DNA of 63,981 bases, filler included, from Reclinomonas americana ATCC 50394 (Eukaryota), in NCBI GenBank assembly GCA_048213135.1. It is 9 parts of 8 records of this genome, joined end to end, with 100 filler letters (N's around TTAATTAATTAA, not from the genome) between each part and the next. Parts side by side here need not be neighbours in the genome. Positions count along the whole stretch, not along the records: positions 36,702 to 40,893 come from PS015835.1; positions 40,994 to 49,039 come from PS015835.1; 7 more parts are not named here. One strand, given 5' to 3'. Shown here in pieces: positions 36,702 to 48,891 of this stretch. Both the position numbers and the translations under genes were made by a program. Every line of letters begins with the position of its first letter. The stretch's first letter is position 1. Under the pieces are notes generated by a model that made no database searches, was not told the origin of the DNA, and worked only from the letters and a program-made list of their open reading frames with translations.

Positions 36702-37662
36702 GCCATCCTCCTCCTCTCCCGCCTCCTCCACCACCAACTCGCCCACCGCCCACACCGCCCCCTCCGCCACCTTCACCTCGTGATTGACCGAGGCCAGCGC
36801 GTCCACCACCACCGCCTTGAAGATCGAGTCGAGCGAGCCGCCGCCCACCACCCGCACCCGCCCATCGACCGCCTGCACCCCCACGCTCAACCCAAACCCG
36901 ACCGCCGCCTGAAACCGCACCTCCCGCAACGCCTCCATGTCGCGCACAGACCACAGCACCATCTCCCACCGCGACTTGGAGATCAACGTGGTCTCACTGT
37001 CTGGCACAAAGTGCACCTCCTCCACGCGCATCGCATGACGCGCCGGGCCGGCGTCGATCAGCGGACGACTCCACGTTGTGTCGGCGTCGACATCAAAGAG
37101 CGCCACGCGCTGGTAGCTCCCGACGGCCACGTACCGCCCACTGCGCGAGGCCGCCACGCATGTAATGGGCGGCTGCGGCGCGTCGGCGGCATGGAGGTCG
37201 CGCATGCGGCGTGCCGTGCACTGCAGATTGCCGCCCCGACAGTGCCAGCCGGTCCACTCCAAAATCATGCCCTGCGACGTGAACGCCAAGGCGCGCTCGC
37301 CGACCACCAGCACCTGCACCGTGCCGCAGTGATACGTGTACCGGTAGCGCAGTCGCATGACAAAGTGCAGCTGCGCTGTCACACCGCCGTCGTCATCATC
37401 TCCTTCATGCCACTCCAGTCGGTACAGTCGCACCAGCCCGTACACATCGGTCAGCACCACGTGCACGCCGTCCGCCGAACACGCCGCCGAGCGCCACGAA
37501 AAGCCCTTGATGGCCTGCACGAGGCGCACACGCGACTCACCGCTCTCGTTGTGCACCGTCAGCACCACCACGTGGTAGTTGGAGGTGCAGCACAGAAAGG
37601 CAGTGCAGTCGGGGGCGAGGGCGTGCGTGGGGAGGCGGGTGATGGCGTAGACGCGGTCGAGG
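36702..37662 (-). CDS. WD40-like beta-propeller exon (partial gene)
   Basis: Blade-like segments SAACSADGVHVVLTDVYGLVRLY, ITCVAASRSGRYVAVGSYQRVALFDV, HAMRVEEVHFVPDSETTLISKSRWEMVLWSV. Confidence 0.65.
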
Positions 37663-39099
37663 CTGGGGAGGAGAGGGGTGGGAGCGGCGGGGTGGACTGT
37701 GAAGCGAGGGGGAAGGGAGATTAGGGGGAGAGTGGGTAAAAGGGAAAGGACACGAGTGATGGTTTCGCGAGTTGGAACAGCAACATTTCCAACACATGTG
37801 CAGAATGACAAAACAGCGAATTGTGAGACGAGTGACACGTGGACGCGACAAAGAAGAGGGATGCATCAGAGTGGGCGACAACGATGTGTCAAGGAAACAT
37901 GTACAATGATAAAAGCGAGTGAGATGTAACTCGCGAGGATTAACGCAGAGGACACAACAGAGAAAGAGGCAAGGGGCATGGTGTGACGGACAGGAGAGGA
38001 AGTCTCATGATAGTCCGCGGGAAGCGCGGTCGTCAGGGAGACAGCGGAGAGTGAGAGCTCGACGGCCCTTTTGGCGTGTTTCCACTAAAAATAGAGAGAC
38101 AACACGCCAGAAGCAGAGGAAAGGCATAGCATACGCAGCATTCTCTTCACGAATACATCTGCATGCACTCGCTCATTAACTCAGTTTATCACAGTCACAT
38201 AGTCACTCACATTTCTGATTTCTCTTCTTTCTCTATTCCTCTCTCGCACACACTCGCTCACTGTAGTCGCTCTCTCTCTTTCTCTCTCTCTCTCTNNNNN
38301 NNNNNNNNNNNNNNNNNNNNNNNNNNNNNNNNNNNNNNNNNNNNNNNNNNNNNNNNNNNNNNNNNNNNNNNNNNNNNNNNNNNNNNNNNNNNNNNNNNNN
38401 NNNNNNNNNNNNNNNNNNNNNNNNGAGGAGGAGGAGGAGGAGGGAATGGTGATGCCGCCGTTGCCGTTGTTGGTGTTGGCGGGGATGGTGGTGGAGGAGG
38501 CGAGGTTGGCGAGGTTGAGGGTGTGGAGGGGGATGAAGTGAATGGAAGGGAGAAGGGAAGAAAAAGGGGAAGGGGAGAAAGGGGAAGGGAGGGGGAGGGA
38601 AAGAACGACAGAGAGAGATAGAGGGAGTGACGTTCATGCACGTGGGTGCCAGTGTTCTTCAAGCAGGATACGAGTGAGAGAGGGCCTGGCAGAGACTGCC
38701 TTGCTGTAGTTGCTGAAAAGGAAGACAATCTAGTTCATGCATCTGCCGTGAGCTGGGCAACAGCGATTGTTGGCGAGATGAAGGAGTTGACAGACGATGA
38801 ACCTTTGCCTATCATGCGTTTCGCAAGCAGGTCGGCAGTGGGAGTTGTCTCGAATCATTAACAAGGTGGAGCGGAGAAGAAATGTGCTCGCCTGGTCGGA
38901 GAGGGAGACAAGAAGCTGCCTGCAATCGGCCAGGCAGTGTTCTCTCATAAGCTTTTCTGAACTGAATAATTCGGCGCAGGAAGAAGGTGAGCAAAAGAGA
39001 CTTGAACAAAGCGCCTGCTGGTGTGATGACTTCTCCTGCATATTGGTCGCCAGAGAGAACGAGCGCGCGCGAGAGAGGAGAGAAACCGTCACGCTTGCA

Positions 39100-39450
39100 G
39101 CAACTGTTCAAGCATGGAGCCCACATGTGCATCTGTTTAGAAAGGCGAGGAGGGAAAGGGAAGGGAGTTAGAATGGGAAGCAGAAGGACAGGAGAAGGCA
39201 AAAAGGCAACAGAGCACGTGGCGCCAGACAACAGTGATTCTCAAGCACGATAACAGCTGAGTAAGAGAGCACGTGTATCTGTTTTGAAAGGCGAGGAGGG
39301 AAAGGGATGGGAGGTAGGATGGGAAACAGAAGGAAGTGGAAGAGGAGAGAAAGCAAAAAAAGCAACAGAGCAAAGGTGGCGCCACCAGTGATTCTCAAGC
39401 ACGATAACAGCTGAGCAGGGGAGCACGTGTATCTGTTTGGAAAAGTGCAG
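39100..39450. repeat. Degenerate ~155-bp direct tandem duplication
   Basis: cagtgattctcaagcacgataacagctgag...gcacgtgtatctgttt recurs. Confidence 0.7.
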
Positions 39451-39800
39451 AGCAGAGGAGAATGATACCAGAGAAGAGGCGAGCGGCGCGTTTGCCAGTC
39501 CCGCAATAGGAGACAAAGACAGCCGACAAGTTCGACGCGACCATGGGTGTCGAGGCCGGCACCATGTATCCAGACGAGGACGAGAAGAAAAATAGAAGCC
39601 GACAGGCAAGGCCACCCCTCCAGTTGGTTTAACATGGGTGAAGACTGTTTGTATTCACGCAGCTGCCTGCCTTCCGCACCCCTCTCCTCTTCATTGTCAC
39701 TCTTTCCCGACTCGTCTCTGCGGCGAGATGCCGACTGCAGACGTGCATCCAGTGAGAAACACCGAGGTCAAACAGAGGGAACCCCACAAAGAAGATCAGA

Positions 39801-40893
39801 CCTTGCGCGCGTCGCAGCTGGGAGATCAGTCGATCTCTCTCCTCCAGCTGCTGCCGCAGCTGCGCCACCACGGCATCGTGCTCCCGTTGCCGCTGCTCGC
39901 GCTCCTGTTTCGCCGTGTCCAGGTCGCGTTGGAGTTGAGCGATGAGTGCGTCCTTGTCGACAGCCTGCGACGTGTAGGCAAAGTGAGAAACGCAGACAAG
40001 AGAAAATGTGAAGATTTGCAACGTTTTGCCCTTCTTCTGTCTCTGTTTGCCCTTGGTCTGTCTCTCCTTGCCCTTGGTCTGTCTCTCCTTGTCCTTGTTC
40101 CCTCTCTCTTTGCCCTTGTTCCCTCTCTCTTTGCCATTCTTCTGTCTCTGCTTGCGCATGTTCTGTCTCTGTTTGCCCTTGTTCTGTCTCTCCTTGCCCT
40201 TGTCCCCTCTCTCTTTGCCCTTGTCCCCCTTCTCTTTGCCCTTGTTCCCTCTCTCTTTGCCGTTGTTCCCTCTCTCTTTGCCCCTCTTCTGTCTCTGTTT
40301 GCCCTTGTTCTGTCTCTGTTTGCCCTTGTTCTGTCTCTCACTGCCGTTGTTCCCCTTCTCTTTGCCCTTCTTCTGTCTCTCCTTGCCCTTGTTCTGTCTC
40401 TCCTTGCCCTTTTTCTGTCTCTGCGTGCGCATGTTCAGTCTCTCTTTGCCCCTCTTCTGTCTCCGTTTGCCCTTGTTCTGTCTCTCCTTGCCCTTCTTCT
40501 GTCTCTGTTTGCCCTTGGTCTGTCTCTCCTTGCCCTTGTTCCCTCTCTCTTTGCCCTTGTTCTGTCTCTCTTTGCCCTTGTCCCCTCTCTCTTTGCCCTT
40601 CTTCTGTTTCTGTGCCCTTGTTCTGTCTCTGTTTACCCTTCTTCTGTCTCTGATTGCCCTCACTCTTTGCCCTTCTGCTGTCTCTCCTTGCCCTTCTTCT
40701 GTCTCTGATTGCCCTTGTTCTGTCTCTCTTTGCCCTTCTTCTGTCTCCGCTCGCCCTTGGCCTGTCTCTCTTTGCCCTTGTGTCGACTCACCGGCGCCGG
40801 CTTTGCATCCCCACCCAAAGAGAGGAGATCCTTCCCCTCTGCCGCCGCCGCACCGAGCCGCTCGAGCAACTCAGCCACCCTCTTCGCGCCCCC
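39801..40893 (-). CDS. Fragment of a further ankyrin/coiled-coil family gene
   Basis: Exon 40792-40893 (GAKRVAELLERL, matching the end of the ANK module GKQQVAELLDRL) splices to 39801-39964 (LIAQLQRDLDTAKQEREQRQRE, matching NAQLQRDLSAAQHEHKQQQRE of the 43.5 kb paralogue). Confidence 0.55.
40025..40780. repeat. 21-bp minisatellite (ttgcccttgttctgtctctct)n filling intron 39965-40791
   Basis: Roughly 35 degenerate copies between a GTGAGT donor and a CGCAG acceptor on the minus strand. Confidence 0.9.
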
Positions 40894-41590
40894 NNNNNNN
40901 NNNNNNNNNNNNNNNNNNNNNNNNNNNNNNNNNNNNNTTAATTAATTAANNNNNNNNNNNNNNNNNNNNNNNNNNNNNNNNNNNNNNNNNNNNGAGGGGA
41001 AGGGATGAGAGGGGAGGATGTGAGAGAGAAAGAGAGAGAGAGTGAGAGGGAGAGAGAGACTCACTTGGCGTCGGGGTCGACGGAGTCGAGGGCCATCTGT
41101 CTGTACATTGCTGCGGTGGTGGGTGGGTGGTGAGAGCGTGGAGGGAGGGAGAGAGGGTGTATGAAAATCTGAATGCGGATCACAGGACAAGTGGAGGAGT
41201 GCAGCACCGCCAACGGCAGCGAGGACAGGGTTGATTCGCAGTTCCTTTTGCCTGAGTGAGAGGAGTACACGTGGCTGTTGCTCAACAGTGATCACGCGAG
41301 CGTTGCATACATACATATTCAGTTCGTGCATGCATTGACGCATACCAAAGTCTGACAACTCGCGATCTCAAACTCGTTATCGGCCAAGTCATTGACATGC
41401 GACTATAACTCCAACTCGAGTGAGCCAGACTGCAACACAACTGCATGATAATCACCATCTTGTGTGAGCATCAGGAACAAGAGAAAATCGAAAGTTGGCG
41501 TTTCTGCACGAGAAACTGCCGATTGAGGCCAAGCCCATAAAGGAATTCAGAAAGCACATAAAAAATCAAAAAAAAAAGGCAACATGTACA

Positions 41591-44500
41591 TTACACCCTC
41601 GCTAGTCTTCTCATCTTCTCTCGTAATTCGCCCATCACTGACAGCACACTCTCCGCAGTTGGTCGCTCCTCTCCGAACGGCGACATGCATCTGTTCACAG
41701 ATTAGAAGACAGGCCAACAGGTACAACATTCCTTGTGATGCACGCAACTGCACTCCCACTCGCAGTATGCCATGAGCCACGTCCACGGGCCACTCTCCTG
41801 CCGACGAATCAGCCTCCGCCACCGCATCCACAGTGTCCAGTGACCGTTGCCACCGCGACGTACGGACCACGAGCTCGCTGGCCTCACCTCCAGTCAGTAG
41901 CTGCAGCAGTGTGAGGCCCACAGCATACACGTCCAACGATTTGCGTATCAGGCCGGAGCGCGCGTAGAGCGGGTCCATGCGCCGCATGTCGCCGGCTGGG
42001 TGCGACGTGTGCTTCTCAGTCTGGATTGCCGAAATACGAAGGGAGTTACGGTGGTGTGAGACAGAAGAATCTAGTGCTCGGGTGCTGGCGCCCCAGCTCA
42101 CCTCGCCATCGTCCAATTTGTAGACGACATTAAAACCACCGATTTGAGGATCGCACCGAGAGTCGAGGAGGATACTGGAGGGGTTGACATTGCGGTGGAT
42201 GATGTTGTTCTGTGGCAATACAACAAGTGGTGAGCCCAACTGCAAAATGGACAGGGTAAAAGGGCAAAAGCTGGAGAGAAACGAAGGTTTCGGGCTCGGA
42301 AAGAACGACAAGAGAAATAGACACTAAAGTGCACGTGAAGACATGCACCACACAAGTAAATGCAGCTACGACCAAAAAAATCGCATCAATCGCGAGAGTT
42401 CGAGCACCAAGAATAGAAATAGGGTAGCACTCAGAAGCCACACGCACCTGATGCAAGAAGGCCACACCCTCGACAATGCCGACTGCAATTTGCACACGCT
42501 CCATCGCCGTCAACGGTTGCACGCCAGCGGCACGCTTCGTCAACCGCGATTCCAAATCATGGCCACTACGACGGGCACAGAGAGACAGAACACGTCAGAA
42601 TCTCCAACACAATCCACTTTGTGCGAATATTATGTGTGCGCCTGTAGTATTGGATTTCGCTGTCAACACTCACCGCACGGCTCGATATACCAGGCAACGC
42701 TCCCGCACGACATCGTCGTCATCCACCAATGTGGAGTACCCCAGCAGTTGAACGATGCGACGGTGATGCAGGTGTCCCATGATGGTCAACTGGCCGGCAA
42801 GAAAAGAGCGCGCACGTGAGAGAGCGAGATCTGCATACGCCACACTTGCCTCATTCCTCTCTCGTTACGCACCTCTGCAAAGTACTTGTCGGACGCCCAC
42901 GGTGCACTGCTGTCCAGTCGCTTGATGGCCACATCCTCGTCATGGAGATAACAGAGAAATACCTTTCCGGAGGCACCCTGACCGGCCTTGAGTCGAGAAG
43001 AGAAGGATTCGGTGGCCGCCTCAATGTCCTGCCAGGTATACTGACGCAGGAGAATGGGCTCAGAGACTGCATTAACGTCGACGACAATGAGTGCACACAT
43101 TTTTCATGCAGCACAGAAAAACAAATAAAAAGTCACCGTGGAGTGATTCGAGCTCACGTGCAAGATTAGCTGCTCGTTGCCGTTCGGCGGCGACCTCCTC
43201 GCGCGCTCGAACAAGCTGCTCCAAATCGCGTTGGAGGTCCGCTCCCTGTTGTTTAGCAGCATACACATCCTGCCACTGCGCATTTACCCGCAGCAGTTCG
43301 GCATTCTGTTGCTGCAAATCGGCGTTGGCATGCCTTAGAGACTCAATGTCAGCGTCGGCGCTCCGCTTGAGCTCCGACATTGCGTGCTGCAGCTTGGCCA
43401 TCATGTACTCGTACTCTTGTCGCTGTTGGTCCCACTCTCGTTGCTGCTGCTTGTGCTCGTGCTGCGCGGCAGAGAGGTCGCGCTGGAGCTGGGCGTTTTT
43501 TGCTTCCAAGTCGGCGACTTGGCGTGAGGCGGAGGGTTCGCCAGAGACCTACACCAATGGAAGTAAGGATGGCCCGTTCAGCGGCGAGAAGATGATTCAA
43601 CATACGGCACCTGGCGCGGTACGTACGCGTCGGGTTGAACTGGTCAGGAGGAGAGTGGAAGGTATGAAGTGTGAGAATGATGAGAATTATACACGGAGCG
43701 CAAGAGAATCACACCTGGTGGTGACAGCCCAGCGAGGTGTTCAAGCAACTCGGCCGCCTGCTGCTTGCCATGTTGGCGTGCCCACCGTGTCGCCGTCATG
43801 CCAGCCTTGTTGACCATGGGAATGAGGCCGGTAAAGCGAGTGGCGAGGAGTCGCACAATGGATTCGTGGCCACTCATGACAGCGTAATGCAATGCGGTGG
43901 ACTGTGGATGCATGGCACGGTCATTGGTGACCGCCCGCACCATCCTCGGCGGACATCGTCGCTCATCGGCAAGCAACCACTCGACCACATGCAGATGCCC
44001 ATACAAGGCAGCCGCCATCAGTGGCGTCCAGCCGTCGTCGCTGACAATTTGTGCGAGTTGTGGCCCCACACCACTTTCCTCCCACAAATACTCCAAAACA
44101 GGGAGATGGCCTTCCTGAGCAGCACAGTAAAATGCTGAGCTGCCACGAGCATCCAGTTGCTCTTTTTCCAGCAGAGTGTCTGCGCCCTTACGCGCCACCA
44201 ACTCGCGCACTGCATTCATATCGCCATCCGTAGCCAGCTTCCACGCTCTCTGTCGTAGAATGCTGACGAAAAACGTGTGAGCTCTAGTCACAACATAATT
44301 TGCAGATTCAGCGAGCGGAAAGGGACATAACATACCTGCCACTGTCGGTAGCTTTCGCTGCGCAATACGTGAGCATAACGAGCACGATTAAAACACGGCG
44401 CGTGCAAAGAGATCATACCTGATGGTGCTTGTAGTTCCACAGCAAGGCGGTCGAATAACTCGGCCACTTGTTGCTTGCCCATGTCGCGTGCCCATTGAGC

Positions 44501-45753
44501 CGCCGTCTTGCCGTCCTTGTCGACCATGGGAATGAGATCGGGAAAGCGGGTGGCAAGGAGTCGCACAATCGCCTCGTGGCCATTCATGGCAGCATGATGC
44601 AGTGCAGTAGTGTGCGCGAATGCGTCCAGATTGCTGGTTGCCGCCCGCACCATCTCCGGCGAACATCGTCGTTCATCGGCCAGTAACCAAGCCACCGCTT
44701 GCAGTTGCCCACCGGCGGCTGCAATCATCAGTGGCGTCCAGCCAAAGTCGTTGACCATTTGAGCGAGATGTGGTCCGACACCACTCTCCGCCCACACGTA
44801 TTCCAACACGGAGATATGACCACAGCAAGCAGCACAATAAAATGCCGAGCCGCCAAGAATCATCTCCTCTCTCTTCAGCAGAATGCGTGCGCCTTCACGC
44901 TCCACCAACTGGCGCAGTGCGTTAATATCGCCTTCCGTAGCCATCAACCATGCTGGCAGCCGACGATGTTGACTAATGACGATATTGACGTGAGTACCAT
45001 CCGCAAGTGACATGACATGCACATGCAGATTCAGCGAGCGGAAAGGGACATAACATACCTGCCACTGTCGGTAGCTTTCGCTGCGCAATACGTGAGCATA
45101 ACGATCAAGATTTAAACACGGCGCGTGCAAAGAGATCATACCTGATGGTGCTTGTAGTTCCACAGCAAGGCGGTCGAGCAACTCGGCCACTTGTTGCTTG
45201 CCCATGTCGCGTGCCCATTGAGCCGCCGTCTTGCCGTCCTTGTCGACCATGGGAATGAGATCGGGAAAGCGGGTGGCAAGGAGTCGCACAATCGCTTCGT
45301 GGCCATTCATGGCAGCATAATGGAGCGCGGTGGAATGTGGAAAGGTGCCACTGTCATTGCTGACCACCCGCACCATATCCGGTGGACATCGTCGCTCATC
45401 GGCAAGCAACCACTCCACCACTTGCAGACGCCCTGCGCGGGAAGCCGTCATCAGTGGTGTGTAGCCTTCGTTGGTGGCCAACTTTGTGAGTTGTTGCCCG
45501 GCGCCACTCTCCTCCCACAAATACTCCAACACAGAGAGACGTCCTCCCTGAGCGGCATAGTAATATGCCGAGCGGCCAAGAAACATCTCCTCTCTTTTCA
45601 GGAGACTGTGTGCGCCTTCACGTGAAACCAGCTCGCGCAGTGCCTTCAAGTCGCCACTCGCTGCCATCAACCATGCTGGTAGCCTACGATGTTGACTATT
45701 GACGAGAATCGTCGAGCAGCAACCAAGAGTGCGCACCCCTCATCAGACAACAT
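41591..45753 (-). CDS. Triple ankyrin-module / coiled-coil / IRAK-Pelle-like pseudokinase
   Basis: ANK exons 45142-45695, 44419-44972 and 43715-44262. Coiled coil ~43140-43520. Kinase fold RQYTWQDIEAATESF, GQGASGKVF, VAIK, ERVQIAVGIVEGVAFLH, IIHRNVNPSSILLD, IGGFN, DVYAVGLTLLQLLTG, AGEWP, ERPT. Stop at 41591 with no RING. Confidence 0.85.
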
Positions 45754-46139
45754 GCAGCGCTGGTGCACCATTGATGCGCGCTGCACCGCTCACCTTTCAC
45801 TGCCGCCAGCAGCGCTGCTCGCCATATTTGCTCCCCAGAATATGAGGCGTTCCGCCTGTGTTGCACGACCGTCTGCAGAGCCCTTGCACGACCCTTGCAC
45901 AAAAAGAGACGCTGCGGATAGGCCAATACAAGATAGAAGGACAGATGCGAAAGTACAGGACATCCACGTTGAATAAACTTCCAGAAGCTCGTTTCTCTAG
46001 GACCTGCATCATACGCTCCTCAACATGTCGCTGGTTAAGGGCGGTCAATGCAGGTTGTCAGAAATTTTTAAAGGAAGAAAGTGAAACGTATACGTAAACG
46101 AAACACATCTTCATTCACCACATTCCAGTAATGAATGTT

Positions 46140-47070
46140 GCTGATGAAGGCGACGAGGCTGTCACTGTCGCTGTTGTTGTTGCTCCCAAGACCGACCTTG
46201 GTGACACGGTTCCGCGTGGAGGAAAGAGTGAATAGAAGTGAGAAAGAAAAGCAAAGTCCGACTTCGAGAACAAGGCGCAAAACCGGATCCGCTCACAAAC
46301 ACAAGGCAAACTGCAATTGCAGAAGCTCGTATCTCGCCACAAAGTACATCATACGCTCTTCACAATGTCTCCGGCAAAAGTGTCTTGCGTGCTGGCAATA
46401 TCGAAGGCCAGCGAAATTTCGAAAAAACGTCCAGCCTTCACTCACACTCAATCTCACAATGGAGCGCCCAGTAGGTCGCCAAGGCAGTCGCGCACAATCC
46501 GCAAAGAGTGTGAGCGTAATAGGCGGAGGAACACCAGACACAGATCGCTCTTCCCCTCACATTACTGATGAAGGCGATGAAGACACCATGGTTGTTGCTC
46601 CCAAGACCGACCTTGGTGACACGGTTCCGCGAGGAGGAAAGAGCGAATAGAAGTGAGAAAGACAAGCGAAGTCCGACTTCGAGAACCATGAATATGCACA
46701 AAACTGGATCCGCAGATCGCAAGCAAAAGGCAAACTGCAGTTGCAAAAGCTCATATCTCACCACGACTTACATCATACGCTCTTCACAATATCTCCCACA
46801 GAAGTGTTTGCCAGCAGGCAATATCGAAATGTGAGTGAAATTTCGAAAAAACGTCCAGCCTTCACTCTCACACTGGCACACTCACAATGGAGCGCCCAGT
46901 AGGTCGCCAAGGCAGTCGCGCACAATCTGCCAAGAGTGTGAGCGTAATAGGCGGCACAGGAAGCGACACAGATCGCTCCTCTCCTCACATTACTGATGAA
47001 GGCGATGAAGACACTGTTGTTGCTCCCAAGACCGACCTTGGTGACACGGTTCCGCGGGGAGGAAAGAGTG
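46140..47070. repeat. ~425-bp tandem repeat (two full copies plus a partial third)
   Basis: ctgatgaaggcga...gttgctcccaagaccgaccttggtgacacggttccgcg at ~46141, ~46565 and ~46993. Confidence 0.85.
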
Positions 47071-47342
47071 AGGTGAATGTGAGTGGATTGAGTGGAGGCT
47101 TGGGAGTGGAGGTGGTGGCGCCTCCGCGGTCAAAGAGTCATTCGGCGGTGCCTGGGAGGAGAAGAGCAGCTGCGCAGGCGCAGGCGGGCAAGGCTAGTGT
47201 GGAGGTGAGTGTGTGAGTGGAGGGAGGGAGGGAGGGAGGCAAGGGAGAGTGAGTCGAGTGAGAGTGTGATTGATTGATACGATATAGAGTCGCACCAACT
47301 CACGCGCTGTTGCTCTCTCTCTCTCTCTCACACACACTTGCT

Positions 47343-47374
<32 letters not shown>

Positions 47375-47880
47375 CTGTTCATCTTTGTGCGCATCTTGGT
47401 GGCCGTGAATCGATCACTCTCACACTGACGAACGATCACACACATACACACACACGTGCTCTCCTCTCTCTCTCTCTCTCTCTCTCTCNNNNNNNNNNNN
47501 NNNNNNNNNNNNNNNNNNNNNNNNNNNNNNNNNNNNNNNNNNNNNNNNNNNNNNNNNNNNNNNNNNNNNNNNNNNNNNNNNNNNNNNNNNNNNNNNNNNN
47601 NNNNNNNNNNNNNNNNNNNNNNNNNNNNNNNNNNNNNNNNNNNNNNNNNNNNNNNNNNNNNNNNNNNNNNNNNNNNNNNNNNNNNNNNNNNNNNNNNNNN
47701 NNNNNNNNNNNNNNNNNNNNNNNNNNNNNNNNNNNNNNNNNNNNNNNNNNNNNNNNNNNNNNNNNNNNNNNNNNNNNNNNNNNNNNNNNNNNNNNNNNNN
47801 NNNNNNNNNNNNNNNNNNNNNNNNNNNNNNNNNNNNNNNNNNNNNNNNNNNNNNNNNNNNNNNNNACTACACACACACCG

Positions 47881-47929
<49 letters not shown>

Positions 47930-48891
47930 CTCATACTTGCGCACTCTCTCACTCTCTTACTCGCACACTCAATATCTCAGTCATTATCTCACACACCCTC
48001 ACCACACACACACACACATGCACAGATACACACGCTCTCTCTCTGTCACTCACTCACACTCTCTTTCACTCACTCGTTCACTCTCACACACTCACCCCCT
48101 CACCTATCCTCCACTCCACCCCTCCCTCCCTCTCTCACTCCCTGCTCTCTCAATCTGTAAGCGCAACGCATCTTATTGCCTTCGGATTTCTCATTTATCC
48201 GCACGCGGTCGCGCTCACCTTCTATCGCCTTGCGCCCTTGTGCTCCTGACGCACACAGCACATTGAACTCCTCGTGCCCCTCGCGCGCTCTCTCCTTCTG
48301 TCCTTCTTTCTTTTGAATCAATCCTGCCCAGGTCTTGCATTCCACTCTTTCCACACTCGTTTCCGTCATTGCTCTGTTCCTTTCTCTCATCCACTCGTCC
48401 CTCTACTCTTCCTCCCTTCCTTCTCTCTCTTCTTATACCTCACAGCCACTCACTCTCGCGCTCTCTCCCTGAATCTGTTTGCGCATCGTGTTGCGTTCTC
48501 TCTGTTGCCTTCTCTTGCTACGTCCTCATTTATCCGCTCGCTGTCGTACACCTTGCGTTCCTCTCTCGCACGCGCACCCTCTCCTTGCGCCCCTCACGCG
48601 CGCGCTTTCTCTCTCCTTCCGCCCTTCTTTCTCTTGCACCACTCCTCCCAACCCCAGACTTGCATTCATTCCTTTTTCATTCCCTTCCATCGTCTCCTCC
48701 TGTGCCTTCTTTCCCTGTTCCTTTCCCACTTTCTCCCATTCCTCCTGTGCTCTGTCTTTGCTTCCTTTATTCCCATGCCTTTCCCTTCCTTCTCTCCCTC
48801 ACTCATCTTCCCTCCTTTGCCACCGCTTGCCTTCTCTCCCCTTCGCCTTTAACCCACTCCATCCCTTCCCCCTCCCTTCCCCCTCTTGCAG

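Noticed and set aside
38640..39100. Possible kinase remnant downstream of the ANK-CC fragment (MIGKGSSS)
   Set aside because: A stop follows shortly and no VAIK/HRD/DFG motifs were found in any frame examined.
39629..40949. Lys/Arg-rich and Leu-rich ORFs of 300+ aa as independent genes
   Set aside because: They are translations of a stop-poor 21-bp minisatellite lying between a good donor and acceptor.
43715..45695. Dscam-like obligate mutually exclusive ankyrin exons
   Set aside because: The apparent phase mismatch is resolved by the 22-nt linker exons, so all three modules can be joined in frame.
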